DNA of 64,000 nucleotides from Gammaproteobacteria bacterium (GTDB lineage: Bacteria; Pseudomonadota; Gammaproteobacteria; JBCCGL01). The position numbers and the translations under genes were made by a program. Each line of letters opens with the position of its first letter. Within the stretch, counting starts at the first letter, position 1. Below the pieces are notes generated by a model. The model was given only the letters and a program-made list of their open reading frames with translations, searched no databases and had not been told where the DNA came from. Of this stretch, positions 49,631-59,065 are shown in pieces. The DNA lies in contig OZ255836.1 of NCBI GenBank assembly GCA_965277715.1, forward strand, positions 4,160,001 to 4,224,000, in the 5' to 3' direction.

Positions 49631-50656
49631 ATGAAAAAAGCTTATATACCCCTTCTTCTGGCATCCAGTTTTGGTTTTCTCTCATCTTGTGGCGGTGGTG
49701 GCGGCGGCGGAAGTGGTGCTGGTGGTGTTCCACTTCCAGTTATACCCAACACACAAGTCACCATTGCCAATAGTAATGCTGATGTCACCACAGCGACCAG
49801 TTATGATGCCAGTACTGGATTAAATTCACCTTCACAAAGTGCTACTAATACTCTGGTTGGGGCAGTAACAACGACCCCTGACGTTGACTTATCACCGATT
49901 ATGCTCACCCGTGACCAGCTTTTGCTTGCACGCAGTTTGTTTACGTCTAACTCAGGGTCTGGTGTTGTAGGGATTGTTACCAGCAATGCGATGAGTTGTG
50001 GCGGTGGTGGCTCTTTTGTCTTTACTTTGAATGATGCAGACAGTAATGGGCAATTGGGCACTGGTGATACAGTAAGCATTACGTATTTTAATTGTGTTGA
50101 ACCTGGTATTGCGTTGAATGGCGGTATAAGTCTTACCAATATAGCTACCACAGGTACCCCAACTATGGTTCCTTATTCAATTAGTGTTTCTGCGGTATAT
50201 AGTAATTTTCAAGCAGCTGCAGGTAATATTATTACCATACTGGATGGTGATATTACGGCTTCGGTAGCAAATACTGATGGTGTCAATTTGAATACGCAAG
50301 CTTCGGGTAACAGCTTATTAGCAGTAGGTAGTGGGCGGACTGATCGCCTGATAAATTTTGCTTTTTCATCTACCCAGACTGTTGCTACAGGTGCTTACAC
50401 AACGACTGTCAACGCAACGGTTGACAACAATACTCAGGGAGGGCGTACAGTTTTTACTACAGTGACTGCTTTTCAAGGAACCAGCGCCAGTGCCGATCCA
50501 TTTGTTGGTGAAGCACTGATTACCGGAGCGGGTGGCAGCAGTATTCGCATGATTATGCTAGATGCCAGAACTGTGCGTTTGCAAATTGATGAGAATGGGG
50601 ATAGTGCGGTAGATATAACCCGCGATACTACCTGGTCTGCATTGAACTTACTGTGA
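49631..50656 (+). CDS. Thr/Gly/Asn-rich beta-strand lipoprotein of unknown function
   Basis: Lipobox LSS-C followed by a poly-Gly linker; DADSNG and DENGD Ca-binding-like loops; GGAG RBS; T-ending codons dominate. Confidence 0.8.
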   Translation: MKKAYIPLLLASSFGFLSSCGGGGGGGSGAGGVPLPVIPNTQVTIANSNADVTTATSYDASTGLNSPSQSATNTLVGAVTTTPDVDLSPIMLTRDQLLLARSLFTSNSGSGVVGIVTSNAMSCGGGGSFVFTLNDADSNGQLGTGDTVSITYFNCVEPGIALNGGISLTNIATTGTPTMVPYSISVSAVYSNFQAAAGNIITILDGDITASVANTDGVNLNTQASGNSLLAVGSGRTDRLINFAFSSTQTVATGAYTTTVNATVDNNTQGGRTVFTTVTAFQGTSASADPFVGEALITGAGGSSIRMIMLDARTVRLQIDENGDSAVDITRDTTWSALNLL

Positions 50657-51549
50657 CACCGCTTCCCAGGCAGCCAGCGTGGCAGGTATTGCCGTGCTGG
50701 CTGGCTGCTTGTATAACCAACAGGTTTACCAGGCAGTTAGCTGGTTTGTGTTTTATAGGTCTTTTGTCAGGCTTGCCGCTGCCTACTTTAGCAGATAGCT
50801 GGCAAACCGCATTAGGTGTAACTGCCATGCGTTTTACATTTGATGAGACCGACATGAACGGTAATCGATTAGTCAGAGAGCGTGGGACAGTTCCTGGTCT
50901 CACAATTTCCAGTCACTATCAGACAGGCGACTGGGGGCTTTTACTAGATGCCAGTGTCTATTCTGGTGAGGTAGGCTACGATGGACAAACACAGGCGGGG
51001 CAAGCATTTTTGTCCGAGACAGATGAGGTGCTTTACACGCTGAGATTCGCTGCTCTGTATCACTTACACCGTTACCAATCGCTGCCATTATCTATCTATT
51101 CCCGCTTTGCTGTGGGCGCCCACTGGTGGGAAAGAACTATTCAGGGGCGAGGTAGTGTGACAGGGCTTGATGAGGTGTATCAATGGCAGACTGTGTACGC
51201 TGGTATAGTGTTAGATTACGCTTTTGCTGACCAAAGTCTCCTTACTGTAAATACAGGTGTTACACGAAGCATTAACCCGAAGGTAAAGGTTGATTTCGGC
51301 GGTCAGTTTGATCGCATTACCCTCGATTTAGAGCCCGATTATGGGCTGCGTATGGAAATATCGTGGGTGAAGCCGGTTGCTGAAAATTTGGCTATTAATG
51401 TGGGTGCTTTTTTCGAGGCGTGGGATTTTGGTGCAAGCGATAGGGAGGTGCTCAGAGTGAATGGTTCGCCTGCCGGTTTTGTATTTCAGCCAGCGTCTGA
51501 GGCACAGCAGGTAGGGGCTTTCTTCTCTGTTGGGCACCTTTGGCAGTAA
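50653..51549 (+). CDS. Putative outer-membrane beta-barrel protein
   Basis: Signal peptide (...PTLA-DS), alternating aromatic/hydrophobic strands, Y.GQTQ.G loop, C-terminal FFSVGHLWQ; GTGA overlap with the lipoprotein gene. Confidence 0.75.
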   Translation: MTPLPRQPAWQVLPCWLAACITNRFTRQLAGLCFIGLLSGLPLPTLADSWQTALGVTAMRFTFDETDMNGNRLVRERGTVPGLTISSHYQTGDWGLLLDASVYSGEVGYDGQTQAGQAFLSETDEVLYTLRFAALYHLHRYQSLPLSIYSRFAVGAHWWERTIQGRGSVTGLDEVYQWQTVYAGIVLDYAFADQSLLTVNTGVTRSINPKVKVDFGGQFDRITLDLEPDYGLRMEISWVKPVAENLAINVGAFFEAWDFGASDREVLRVNGSPAGFVFQPASEAQQVGAFFSVGHLWQ

Positions 51550-51737
51550 CTTATCGTAGATGTAGGCAAAGTGATATAGGGTGAATCTAAATGGGCTTGT
51601 ATAGAATCTAAAGAGTCCTCTTCGTATTAAAGGTAGATATTTGTAGTAAACGTTTTTATGCTTGCCGACGCCCGGTAACATGGCGTATTACCCCATGCCC
51701 GCTACCAAACAAACGTAAAAAATAGAGACAATGAAAC

Positions 51738-52556
51738 GTGGCCTCTGCAGTAAACAACCTGAGCATCGAAGAAAATTACATCGAAGACGAACCGTATTAC
51801 GCCGCCAATGGTGATGAGGTCACAGTATTCGAGGCCGCTTATAACAATCACTTGCCGGTTTTGTTAAAAGGCCCGACCGGTTGTGGTAAAACGCGCTTTA
51901 TGGAGTATATGGCCTGGCGCCTTAAACGGCCATTGATCACTGTCTCCTGTCACGATGATTTAACCGCCTCCGATTTGGTGGGGCGTTATCTGATTAAAGG
52001 CGGGGAGACAGTCTGGATCGATGGGCCGCTGACACACGCCGTGCGGGCGGGCGGTATTTGCTACCTTGATGAAGTGGTCGAGGCGCGCAAAGATACGATG
52101 GTGGTTATCCATCCGCTCGGCGATGACCGCCGCGTATTACCAGTGGAAAAACGGGGTATTCTACTGCCCGCACCGCCTGAGTTTTGCCTGGCTATCTCCT
52201 ACAACCCCGGTTATCAAAGTGTATTGAAAGATCTGAAACAAAGCACGCGGCAACGCTTTGTCGCCCTGGCGTTTGACTACCCGGATGCCGCCCTGGAGTC
52301 ACGCATTGTCTGCAAAGAGTCGGGGGTCGATGAAAATACCGCCGGGCGTTTAGTGCAGTTTGCCGGGATGACGCGCAACCTTAAGGGCAGTGGCCTGGAT
52401 GAGGGGGCCAGTACGCGCCTGCTGGTGCACGCGGCTAAGCTTATTGCCAGCGGCGTCCCGCCGGTAGTCGCCTGCCAGGGTGCGATCACTCAGGCCCTGA
52501 GTGACGATGGCGAGATGATTGCAGCGGTCAACGAGCTGTCGTCATCGCTATTCTAG
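51738..52556 (+). CDS. CbbQ/NirQ/NorQ family MoxR AAA+ ATPase
   Basis: [53 protein letters not shown]. Confidence 0.93.
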   Translation: MASAVNNLSIEENYIEDEPYYAANGDEVTVFEAAYNNHLPVLLKGPTGCGKTRFMEYMAWRLKRPLITVSCHDDLTASDLVGRYLIKGGETVWIDGPLTHAVRAGGICYLDEVVEARKDTMVVIHPLGDDRRVLPVEKRGILLPAPPEFCLAISYNPGYQSVLKDLKQSTRQRFVALAFDYPDAALESRIVCKESGVDENTAGRLVQFAGMTRNLKGSGLDEGASTRLLVHAAKLIASGVPPVVACQGAITQALSDDGEMIAAVNELSSSLF

Positions 52557-52567
52557 ACCGCGCATCG

Positions 52568-54664
52568 CTGGCGGCAGGCGATATTGAGGCGCGCCTGGAC
52601 GCCTGCCTGGACGTTGAGTTTTCATTTTGCAACACCGCCATTCCCGCCATAGAGTTGGCCACGCTGGCACGTGCTGACCAGGAATATATTCTCAACTGGG
52701 TAGAGCGCGTTGCCAGCACGAATATTGAGCTGGCCTATCGGCTCTCTTGCCAGGGTAAACGGGTGCTGGATGAAACCGACCGGTCAGTAATCGAGGCCTG
52801 GGCGCTGTTGGTGATGGATACCTATGATCGCAGTGGCCTGCGCAAAGCGATTGAAGTGATGGAGTCGCTGGATAATTTTGTCGCGGTCAATCACGCACGC
52901 GTCAATGGGCAGGCCTTGGAGGCGTGTGAGTCGGTGCTTATGGGGTTTGTCTGTGGCTTGTCGGGGCGGCGCCTACAGATACAGCATGGTGAATCGGTGT
53001 ACACCGATACCGAAACCCTGTTTTTGCCGGAGCTGCAATCGGGCCTGCAAAATACCCAGGATAATTTTCTGCATTATAAAATCCAGACGACATTGCTGTG
53101 GGCGCAAACGCGTTTTGGCAGCTTTCGCAAACCCATCGTCGATGCGCTGCTGGCACGCGATGATGAAAAATTTACCGCCTTGTTTCACCTGTTTGAAACC
53201 TGCCGGTTGGAGGCGTGTATTGCGCGTGAGCTACCGGGCCTGTTTCGCGAATTGCTGCGAATAAAAGGCGAGCTGGGCTACACGCAGGAAGCTGCGTATT
53301 GGCCGCAAGTCGAGCCATTGCTGAGTGAGCCGTCTGCCACTGCTGCGCTGTCACTGGAATTGGCGGATACGTATTTTGACCGGGATATACCGTTGCAAAC
53401 GGCATGGCTGGATGCCCTGCAACTTGAGCAGATCGACGATTGTATGCGCCGTCGTATGGCGCGTGAAAAAGCCCTGCTGCGCTTATCACTAAAGAAAATC
53501 AGCGATGAACAGGTGCAGGAAAACCCGGGTGATGACGATGCCCCGGCGTTTCAGGCGCGGCTCGACCCGGATGCAGACGAGCGGGATGAACTGGACGTGG
53601 AGATTATGGTGGGTGATCAACCCGTTCCACTGCCGGATACTGCATTGGCTGCGGTGCGTTCGATCATGCTCGATCTCGGTAACATCCCCGATGATTATCT
53701 GGAACCGGCGGGGGCCGGTGAGTACGATCCCGCTTTGTTTGTCGAAGAGGAGGATGGGGCCGACGATGTGTGGAGTGGCACTTACCACGAGCAGGGCGCG
53801 ACGCTCTACCCTGAGTGGGATTTTCGCCGCCAGCACTACCGCAAAAACTGGTGTGCGGCGCGTGAAAAATCGGTGGCGCCGGTATACGACAATTTTGTAC
53901 CCAAAACACTGAATAAATACCGGGGGTTAGTAAAGCACCTGCGCAAAACCTTTGAAGCAATGCGTGATGTCGACCGTTTGCTGAAGCGCCAGCCGGATGG
54001 TGATGGCATTGATATCGACGCCCTGGTCGAGGCGCTGGCAGATGCCCACGAGGGCGCGGAAATGAGTGATCGTCTGTTTACCCGCATGTACCGCAATGAG
54101 CGCAATATCGCCGTGGTGTTTATGGTCGATATGAGTGGCTCGACCAAAGGCTGGATCAACGATGCCGAGCGCGAATCGTTGGTATTACTGTGTGAATCGC
54201 TGCAAACACTGGGTGACCGCTATGCGATTTATGGTTTTTCCAGCGTGACCCGCAAACGCTGTGAAATTTATCATATCAAACACTTTCACGAGCATTACAG
54301 CGATGAAGTGCAGGCGCGTATCAGTGGCATCGAACCGCAGGACTATACGCGCATGGGGTTCGCTATTCGCCACCTCACGCATTTATTAAAGCAGGTCGAT
54401 GCGCGCACGCGAATATTGATTACCCTGTCTGATGGCAAGCCGGACGATTACGATCACTACCGGGGCGAATTTGGTATCGAAGACACGCGTCGGGCGTTAA
54501 TTGAAGCGCGCCGGGATGGCATTCACCCGTACTGCATTACAATCGATGAAACAGCGCGGGATTATCTGCCGAGGCTGTATGGGCCAGCGGCCTATACGGT
54601 GGTGAAAGAAGTGCGCGATCTGCCGGTAAAGGTGTCCGATATTTACCGGCGTTTGACGACGTGA
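52568..54664 (+). CDS. CbbO/NorD family vWA-domain adaptor (start uncertain: CTG 52568 or TTG 52655)
   Basis: YPEWDF...Y..NWC, DGIDIDA, MIDAS DMSGS, YTRMG.AIRH, LSDGKP. Confidence 0.88.
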   Translation: MAAGDIEARLDACLDVEFSFCNTAIPAIELATLARADQEYILNWVERVASTNIELAYRLSCQGKRVLDETDRSVIEAWALLVMDTYDRSGLRKAIEVMESLDNFVAVNHARVNGQALEACESVLMGFVCGLSGRRLQIQHGESVYTDTETLFLPELQSGLQNTQDNFLHYKIQTTLLWAQTRFGSFRKPIVDALLARDDEKFTALFHLFETCRLEACIARELPGLFRELLRIKGELGYTQEAAYWPQVEPLLSEPSATAALSLELADTYFDRDIPLQTAWLDALQLEQIDDCMRRRMAREKALLRLSLKKISDEQVQENPGDDDAPAFQARLDPDADERDELDVEIMVGDQPVPLPDTALAAVRSIMLDLGNIPDDYLEPAGAGEYDPALFVEEEDGADDVWSGTYHEQGATLYPEWDFRRQHYRKNWCAAREKSVAPVYDNFVPKTLNKYRGLVKHLRKTFEAMRDVDRLLKRQPDGDGIDIDALVEALADAHEGAEMSDRLFTRMYRNERNIAVVFMVDMSGSTKGWINDAERESLVLLCESLQTLGDRYAIYGFSSVTRKRCEIYHIKHFHEHYSDEVQARISGIEPQDYTRMGFAIRHLTHLLKQVDARTRILITLSDGKPDDYDHYRGEFGIEDTRRALIEARRDGIHPYCITIDETARDYLPRLYGPAAYTVVKEVRDLPVKVSDIYRRLTT

Positions 54665-54671
54665 CAGAGGG

Positions 54672-55940
54672 TTATTCGGTTACCGCGAGCTTAATGCAGA
54701 CGACCAGTGCGTTGAGCGCCTGCTCTAATTCGTCGAGTGAGGGAAAGGTGGGTGCAATCCGAATATTGCTATCGTGTGGGTCTATCCCATAGGGGAAGGG
54801 TGCGCCGGGCGCTGTCAATTTAATACCGGCTTCAGCCGCTAAGCGAATGATTTTTTTAGCATAACCATCGGGCACATCTACGTTAACAAAGTATCCGCCC
54901 TGTGGTTTGCTCCACCTGGCGATATTCATCGCGCCCAATTCCCGTTCGAAAATGTCATTTACCCGATCAAATTTGGGCTTTAGCAGTTGCGCGTGTTTCT
55001 CCATGTGCGCGTTGAGTGCCGATAGGTTACTGAATAAGTTTAAATGCCTGAGTTGATTCACCTTATCTGGCCCGATGCTTTGAACACCGATATGTGTTTT
55101 AGCGTTGGCCACATTGGCAGCACTACCCGCCATCGCCGCGACCCCTGAGCCTGCATAACTGATTTTTGAAGTGGATGCAAAATGCACCACTCTATTTGGG
55201 TGTCCGGCTGTGTCTGCGTGTTTTGAAATATTTTCCAATACCGGTCGGTGACCGCTAAAGTGATGCACTGCGTAGGCGTTGTCCCACATTATCCTGAAGT
55301 CTGGCGCTGCACATTTCATCCGGGCGAGCCGCTGAACGGTCTCCCGGCTGTAACAGACTCCTGTTGGGTTACTGTATTTGGGCACACACCATATGCCTTT
55401 GATCGTGTCATCTGCGGCAACAAGCGATTCCACTTTATCCATATCGGGGCCAAAATCATTCATATCCACGGGTATTAACTTAAACCCAAGGTGCTCGGTA
55501 ATCAGAAAGTGTCGGTCGTAACCTGGTGTAGGGCACAGAAACTTTCGTTCAGTGATGTTATTCCAGGGACCGTTACCGTCAACCACACCGAATTGGCACG
55601 CCCGGCTTAAGACTTCGTACATCATGGTCAAACTGGAGTTTCCACCGACAATCACATTTTCCGGTTGGACATCGAGTATCTCCGCGAACAGTTTTTTCAT
55701 CGCGGGTAATCCATCCAGGCCGCCGTAGTTGCGCGCATCAACGCCATTGCTATCAATGCAGCGCTCTGGGGATAAAGCGAGCATCCCATCGGATAATGCC
55801 AGCTGAGCTGTAGAGGGTTTACCGCGTGTTAAATCCAGTGATAGTTTTAACGTTTTGATACGCTCGTAATCATCGATGTATTGTTGGCGCTGCCCGGGTT
55901 GGCATTGGCTGGCAAGTTGGTTTTTGATTTTAACAGGCAT
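54672..55940 (-). CDS. PLP-dependent aminotransferase (Rv3722c-like aspartate transaminase family)
   Basis: LDLTRGKPS, RNYGGLDG, PGYDRHF, WCVPKYSNPTG, WDNAY, STSKI, NIRIAP. Confidence 0.9.
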   Translation of the reverse strand: MPVKIKNQLASQCQPGQRQQYIDDYERIKTLKLSLDLTRGKPSTAQLALSDGMLALSPERCIDSNGVDARNYGGLDGLPAMKKLFAEILDVQPENVIVGGNSSLTMMYEVLSRACQFGVVDGNGPWNNITERKFLCPTPGYDRHFLITEHLGFKLIPVDMNDFGPDMDKVESLVAADDTIKGIWCVPKYSNPTGVCYSRETVQRLARMKCAAPDFRIMWDNAYAVHHFSGHRPVLENISKHADTAGHPNRVVHFASTSKISYAGSGVAAMAGSAANVANAKTHIGVQSIGPDKVNQLRHLNLFSNLSALNAHMEKHAQLLKPKFDRVNDIFERELGAMNIARWSKPQGGYFVNVDVPDGYAKKIIRLAAEAGIKLTAPGAPFPYGIDPHDSNIRIAPTFPSLDELEQALNALVVCIKLAVTE

Positions 55941-56174
55941 ATTCAGGTGTGCTTTTTGTTATTTAGGGATAGTGGTGGTTTTATTCTAGTGGTTCACCCT
56001 GCAATTGTTCACCACCGCCAGTTGAGGGGGGTTATGAAAGTGGTAAATGATCAGCGAGAAAATGGGACATTACAGTGGCCCATCAACAATCCATGGCTAT
56101 AACACAAGGGCACATACTAACTGTTCTCATTATGGATTTTCAATATTCGTTGACGCATAAGTGTTAGGTATTCG

Positions 56175-57227
56175 TTACTCGCCTTGTACAACAGCCTGGC
56201 TTTCAAGGTAGGAGATTGGCGGGTATTGGGGTGGGTAGTTTTTGTCGTAACATGTTGGCAGGCACGCCATTTTATAGTCTGCGTTAGCATTAAAGAAAAA
56301 CGGAATGGAGTAACGCGGGCTATCACTGGTATTGTTGTTGGCAAAATGCTTGACGCTGACAAATAAACAATTTGACCACTGTTTAAGTAATTCACCGGTA
56401 TTAACGATAAAAGCATCTTCAATAACCGGCGCGTGAATCCAGCACTGTCTTTTTTCACTGTAGATAACCAGGCCGGGGCTATCTTGTGCCAGTATTGTGA
56501 AGAAGGTGGTGTCAACGTGTGGCGCAATACCGTATTCATCTGTTTGGGTTTTAGGAATGGCCGGGTAACGTGTCATCCGCAAACGGTACATGGGGGACGT
56601 AAATGCAGGGGTGAAGAAGTCTTGTTTGAGGTTGAGTGCGCGTGCGTAAATCGGTAGCAGTCGCTTGGCCAGTTTTTCTATTTGTTTTGCGTAGTGGCCA
56701 ATATTTTCCCGAAAGTGGGGCAGTTGGTTTTCCTCTGGCCATTGGTTGTCATTCAGGGTCGTTTGGTGATCCCGCTTTAGTACAAATGCCTCATTGAGAT
56801 TACCCTTGTCACGGGTGGGCAATTTGCGGTTTTTGACGGGGAGATAACCCACTCCCTTGATTGGCCAGTCGGGCCGGTCCATGAGCAGTGAATGCTTTAT
56901 TGGCAATGGTAGTGCGTGAAATCGTTGCGCTTCGGCGAAGGTTTGTTTCAGTAGACCTTCGGGAAACTGGTGACCGATAATGGAGCAAAAACCAACGTGT
57001 AAGCAGGCTTCGCACAATTGGGTGGCGATGGTTTCCAGCGCTGACTGGCTTTGCGTGGTGAAATACTCGCTGACATCGATCAGTGGAATGTCACCAGCTT
57101 GTGCTGTTTGCACCTGACTGGTATCCCAGCTACGCGATTCATTGCGCAGTTGTGCCTCTTTTTTATATGGGTCGAACGTGTCGACAGTGGTGGATGTTGT
57201 TGCGTTATTATGAGGTGAGGCGGTCAT
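56175..57227 (-). CDS. Isopenicillin N synthase-like 2OG-Fe(II) oxygenase
   Basis: IPLID, HVD...H facial triad (PHVDT; SVKH), RYS motif; start at ATG 57227. Confidence 0.88.
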   Translation of the reverse strand: MTASPHNNATTSTTVDTFDPYKKEAQLRNESRSWDTSQVQTAQAGDIPLIDVSEYFTTQSQSALETIATQLCEACLHVGFCSIIGHQFPEGLLKQTFAEAQRFHALPLPIKHSLLMDRPDWPIKGVGYLPVKNRKLPTRDKGNLNEAFVLKRDHQTTLNDNQWPEENQLPHFRENIGHYAKQIEKLAKRLLPIYARALNLKQDFFTPAFTSPMYRLRMTRYPAIPKTQTDEYGIAPHVDTTFFTILAQDSPGLVIYSEKRQCWIHAPVIEDAFIVNTGELLKQWSNCLFVSVKHFANNNTSDSPRYSIPFFFNANADYKMACLPTCYDKNYPPQYPPISYLESQAVVQGE

Positions 57228-57501
57228 CAGTGATTGCTCTGTCATAAATATCGTTGAGTGACGCTATGCTTTGTAACATATCGTTGAATAAATCGGGGAG
57301 TACTTGCGCCTTGGGTGGCATGTAGTCAGTGCCGACAATGGTGACACCTCCACAGCGAAAACACCCCCGTTCAAGTGCTTCTTCCCTGGCGGCAACAGCG
57401 TGCAAGGTCATGTTGATACCCCCCAGTTGCACAGCGTCATAGACGAATGTGGCAAGCTCCCGTTTCGCCAGCGCCAGGGCTTTGGGTTTGTTGACGGTCA
57501 T
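57208..57501 (-). pseudogene. Fic-family protein remnant (internally deleted, 3'-truncated)
   Basis: ALALAKR..FVYDAVQL.GI..TL and H..AAREEALE.G.FR.GGVTI.GTDY.PP resemble Fic N-terminal parts; the catalytic F.D.NKR motif is absent. Confidence 0.6.
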
Positions 57502-57606
57502 CGCATTTAAATCAGCGTTTTTCATGCTATGCAACTATCTACGTTATGGTGATGTTAGTCAAATAGGCGGTTATTTCCTCTCTCTCCTCTTCCCCCGGGT
57601 TTCTTG

Positions 57607-57635
57607 TTGACATGGCAAGCTGTTATTTATAGTAT
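57607..57635 (+). promoter_or_regulatory. sigma70 promoter of the peroxiredoxin-TetR operon
   Basis: TTGACA-17 nt-TAGTAT. Confidence 0.65.
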
Positions 57636-57637
57636 TC

Positions 57638-57653
57638 TGGAACGTTCGTTCCA
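57638..57653. promoter_or_regulatory. TetR-type operator palindrome
   Basis: TGGAACG-TT-CGTTCCA over the predicted +1, upstream of an operon encoding a TetR. Confidence 0.75.
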
Positions 57654-57674
57654 TTATTGCGGGAGTTGTTTTTT

Positions 57675-58220
57675 ATGTCATCACGTACTTCATTAATGCC
57701 GCGTGAGGCGGTACCTTCTTTGGCATTACCGCTGGTAGGCGGTGACCATTGGTCACTGGCGGATCAGCAGCCGGAAAATTTTACGCTGATAGTGTTTTAC
57801 CGTGGCCGACATTGCCCTATTTGTTCGATGTATCTTGGTGATTTGAACCGTAAAGCGGCCGATTTTGCCGCACGCGGTGTAACGATTGTTGTTGCATCCA
57901 CCGACGGTGAGGCACGCGCAGCCGATGCTAAAAGTGAGTGGAAACTTGAAAACCTGGCGGTTGCCTATGGTATGAGTATCGAAAAAGCCCGTGAGTGGGG
58001 TTTGTATGTTTCTGCCAGCCGTGGCAAAACGTCTATCGGTATCGAAGAGCCTGCACTGTTTGGCGAGCCGGGCGTGTTTTTGATACGCCCCGACCAAACG
58101 CTGTATTACGGTGCCACGCAGACCATGCCTTTTGCCCGTCCTGGGTTTGCCGATTTGTTAAAGGCTGTTGAATTTGCCGTTGATAAAGATTACCCAGCGC
58201 GTGGGGAAGTGGCGGGCTGA
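57675..58220 (+). CDS. Peroxiredoxin-like AhpC/TSA family protein
   Basis: FYRGRHCPIC, AREWGLY.S, EPG.FLIRPD.TLY, MPFARP; GGGAG RBS before ATG 57675. Confidence 0.9.
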   Translation: MSSRTSLMPREAVPSLALPLVGGDHWSLADQQPENFTLIVFYRGRHCPICSMYLGDLNRKAADFAARGVTIVVASTDGEARAADAKSEWKLENLAVAYGMSIEKAREWGLYVSASRGKTSIGIEEPALFGEPGVFLIRPDQTLYYGATQTMPFARPGFADLLKAVEFAVDKDYPARGEVAG

Positions 58221-58253
58221 TTTGTTTGATGCCTACACGGTTGCGTATTAATT

Positions 58254-58850
58254 GTGGCCAGAACGAAGCATTTTGACCGGGATACTGCACTTGAAGCGGC
58301 GATGACGCTCTTTTGGAAACGGGGGTATCACGCCACGTCGGTGCAGATGCTGGTCGATGCCACTGGGTTGAGTCGATCCAGCCTCTACGCGTCATTTGGT
58401 GATAAGCAGGTTTTGTTTTTGGCCGCTATTGAGCTGTATTTGGAAAGTGTAAACCGGGCGCGTATTGCTCAGATGATGGCGAGTGAATCGCCGCGTGATG
58501 GGATCGAGCAGTTTTTTAATGACATGATTGATTTTTCAACCGGTAAGGGTAAGCGGTTGGGGTGTCTGCTGACAAATTCCGCTATCGAGTTTGGGCGGGG
58601 TGACGGTGAGGTTCAAGCGAGAATTTTCGGGGTTTTTAGTTCCGTTGAGAGTGCCTTTGCAAAAACAGTTGCCAGAGGGCAGGCGCGCAAAGAGATTGCG
58701 ACGGCACAAAGCCCTCAGGCGATGGCACGTTTTTTAATGACGCTGGTGCAGGGGGTAAGGGTAATGTCCCAGGTCAATCCAAAAAAGGCATGGTTGCGTA
58801 GTGCGCTGGCTGTTGGTTTGGGGGTTATCGATCATCAGCAGGCGGTATAA
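58254..58850 (+). CDS. TetR/AcrR family regulator (ComR/NemR-like)
   Basis: MAR.K.FD, FW.RGY.ATS, SLY.SFGDK, GCLL.N. Confidence 0.92.
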   Translation: MARTKHFDRDTALEAAMTLFWKRGYHATSVQMLVDATGLSRSSLYASFGDKQVLFLAAIELYLESVNRARIAQMMASESPRDGIEQFFNDMIDFSTGKGKRLGCLLTNSAIEFGRGDGEVQARIFGVFSSVESAFAKTVARGQARKEIATAQSPQAMARFLMTLVQGVRVMSQVNPKKAWLRSALAVGLGVIDHQQAV

Positions 58851-58864
58851 GTTATTGTTATTTT

Positions 58865-59032
58865 TTATTTGGATGTACGATTTTTTATCGATTGCACCAC
58901 GTCTACAGACACCAGAATTATTACAAAGGTGACAATGGCAATAAAAGGCAGCTCGCCGATGGATTCGGCCAGCCCGCCTACGAAGGCGATAAAGACGATA
59001 GCTGATAAAATACTGCTGATTATATTGTCCAC
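58865..59032 (-). CDS. 55-aa two-helix membrane protein (not in the ORF track)
   Basis: GTG start: MDNIISSILSAIVFIAFVGGLAESIGELPFIAIVTFVIILVSVDVVQSIKNRTSK*; 33 nt downstream of the amidase. Confidence 0.7.
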   Translation of the reverse strand: MDNIISSILSAIVFIAFVGGLAESIGELPFIAIVTFVIILVSVDVVQSIKNRTSK

Positions 59033-59065
59033 GGGATTCTCATTTTGTTTAATTGGATTGCGGGT

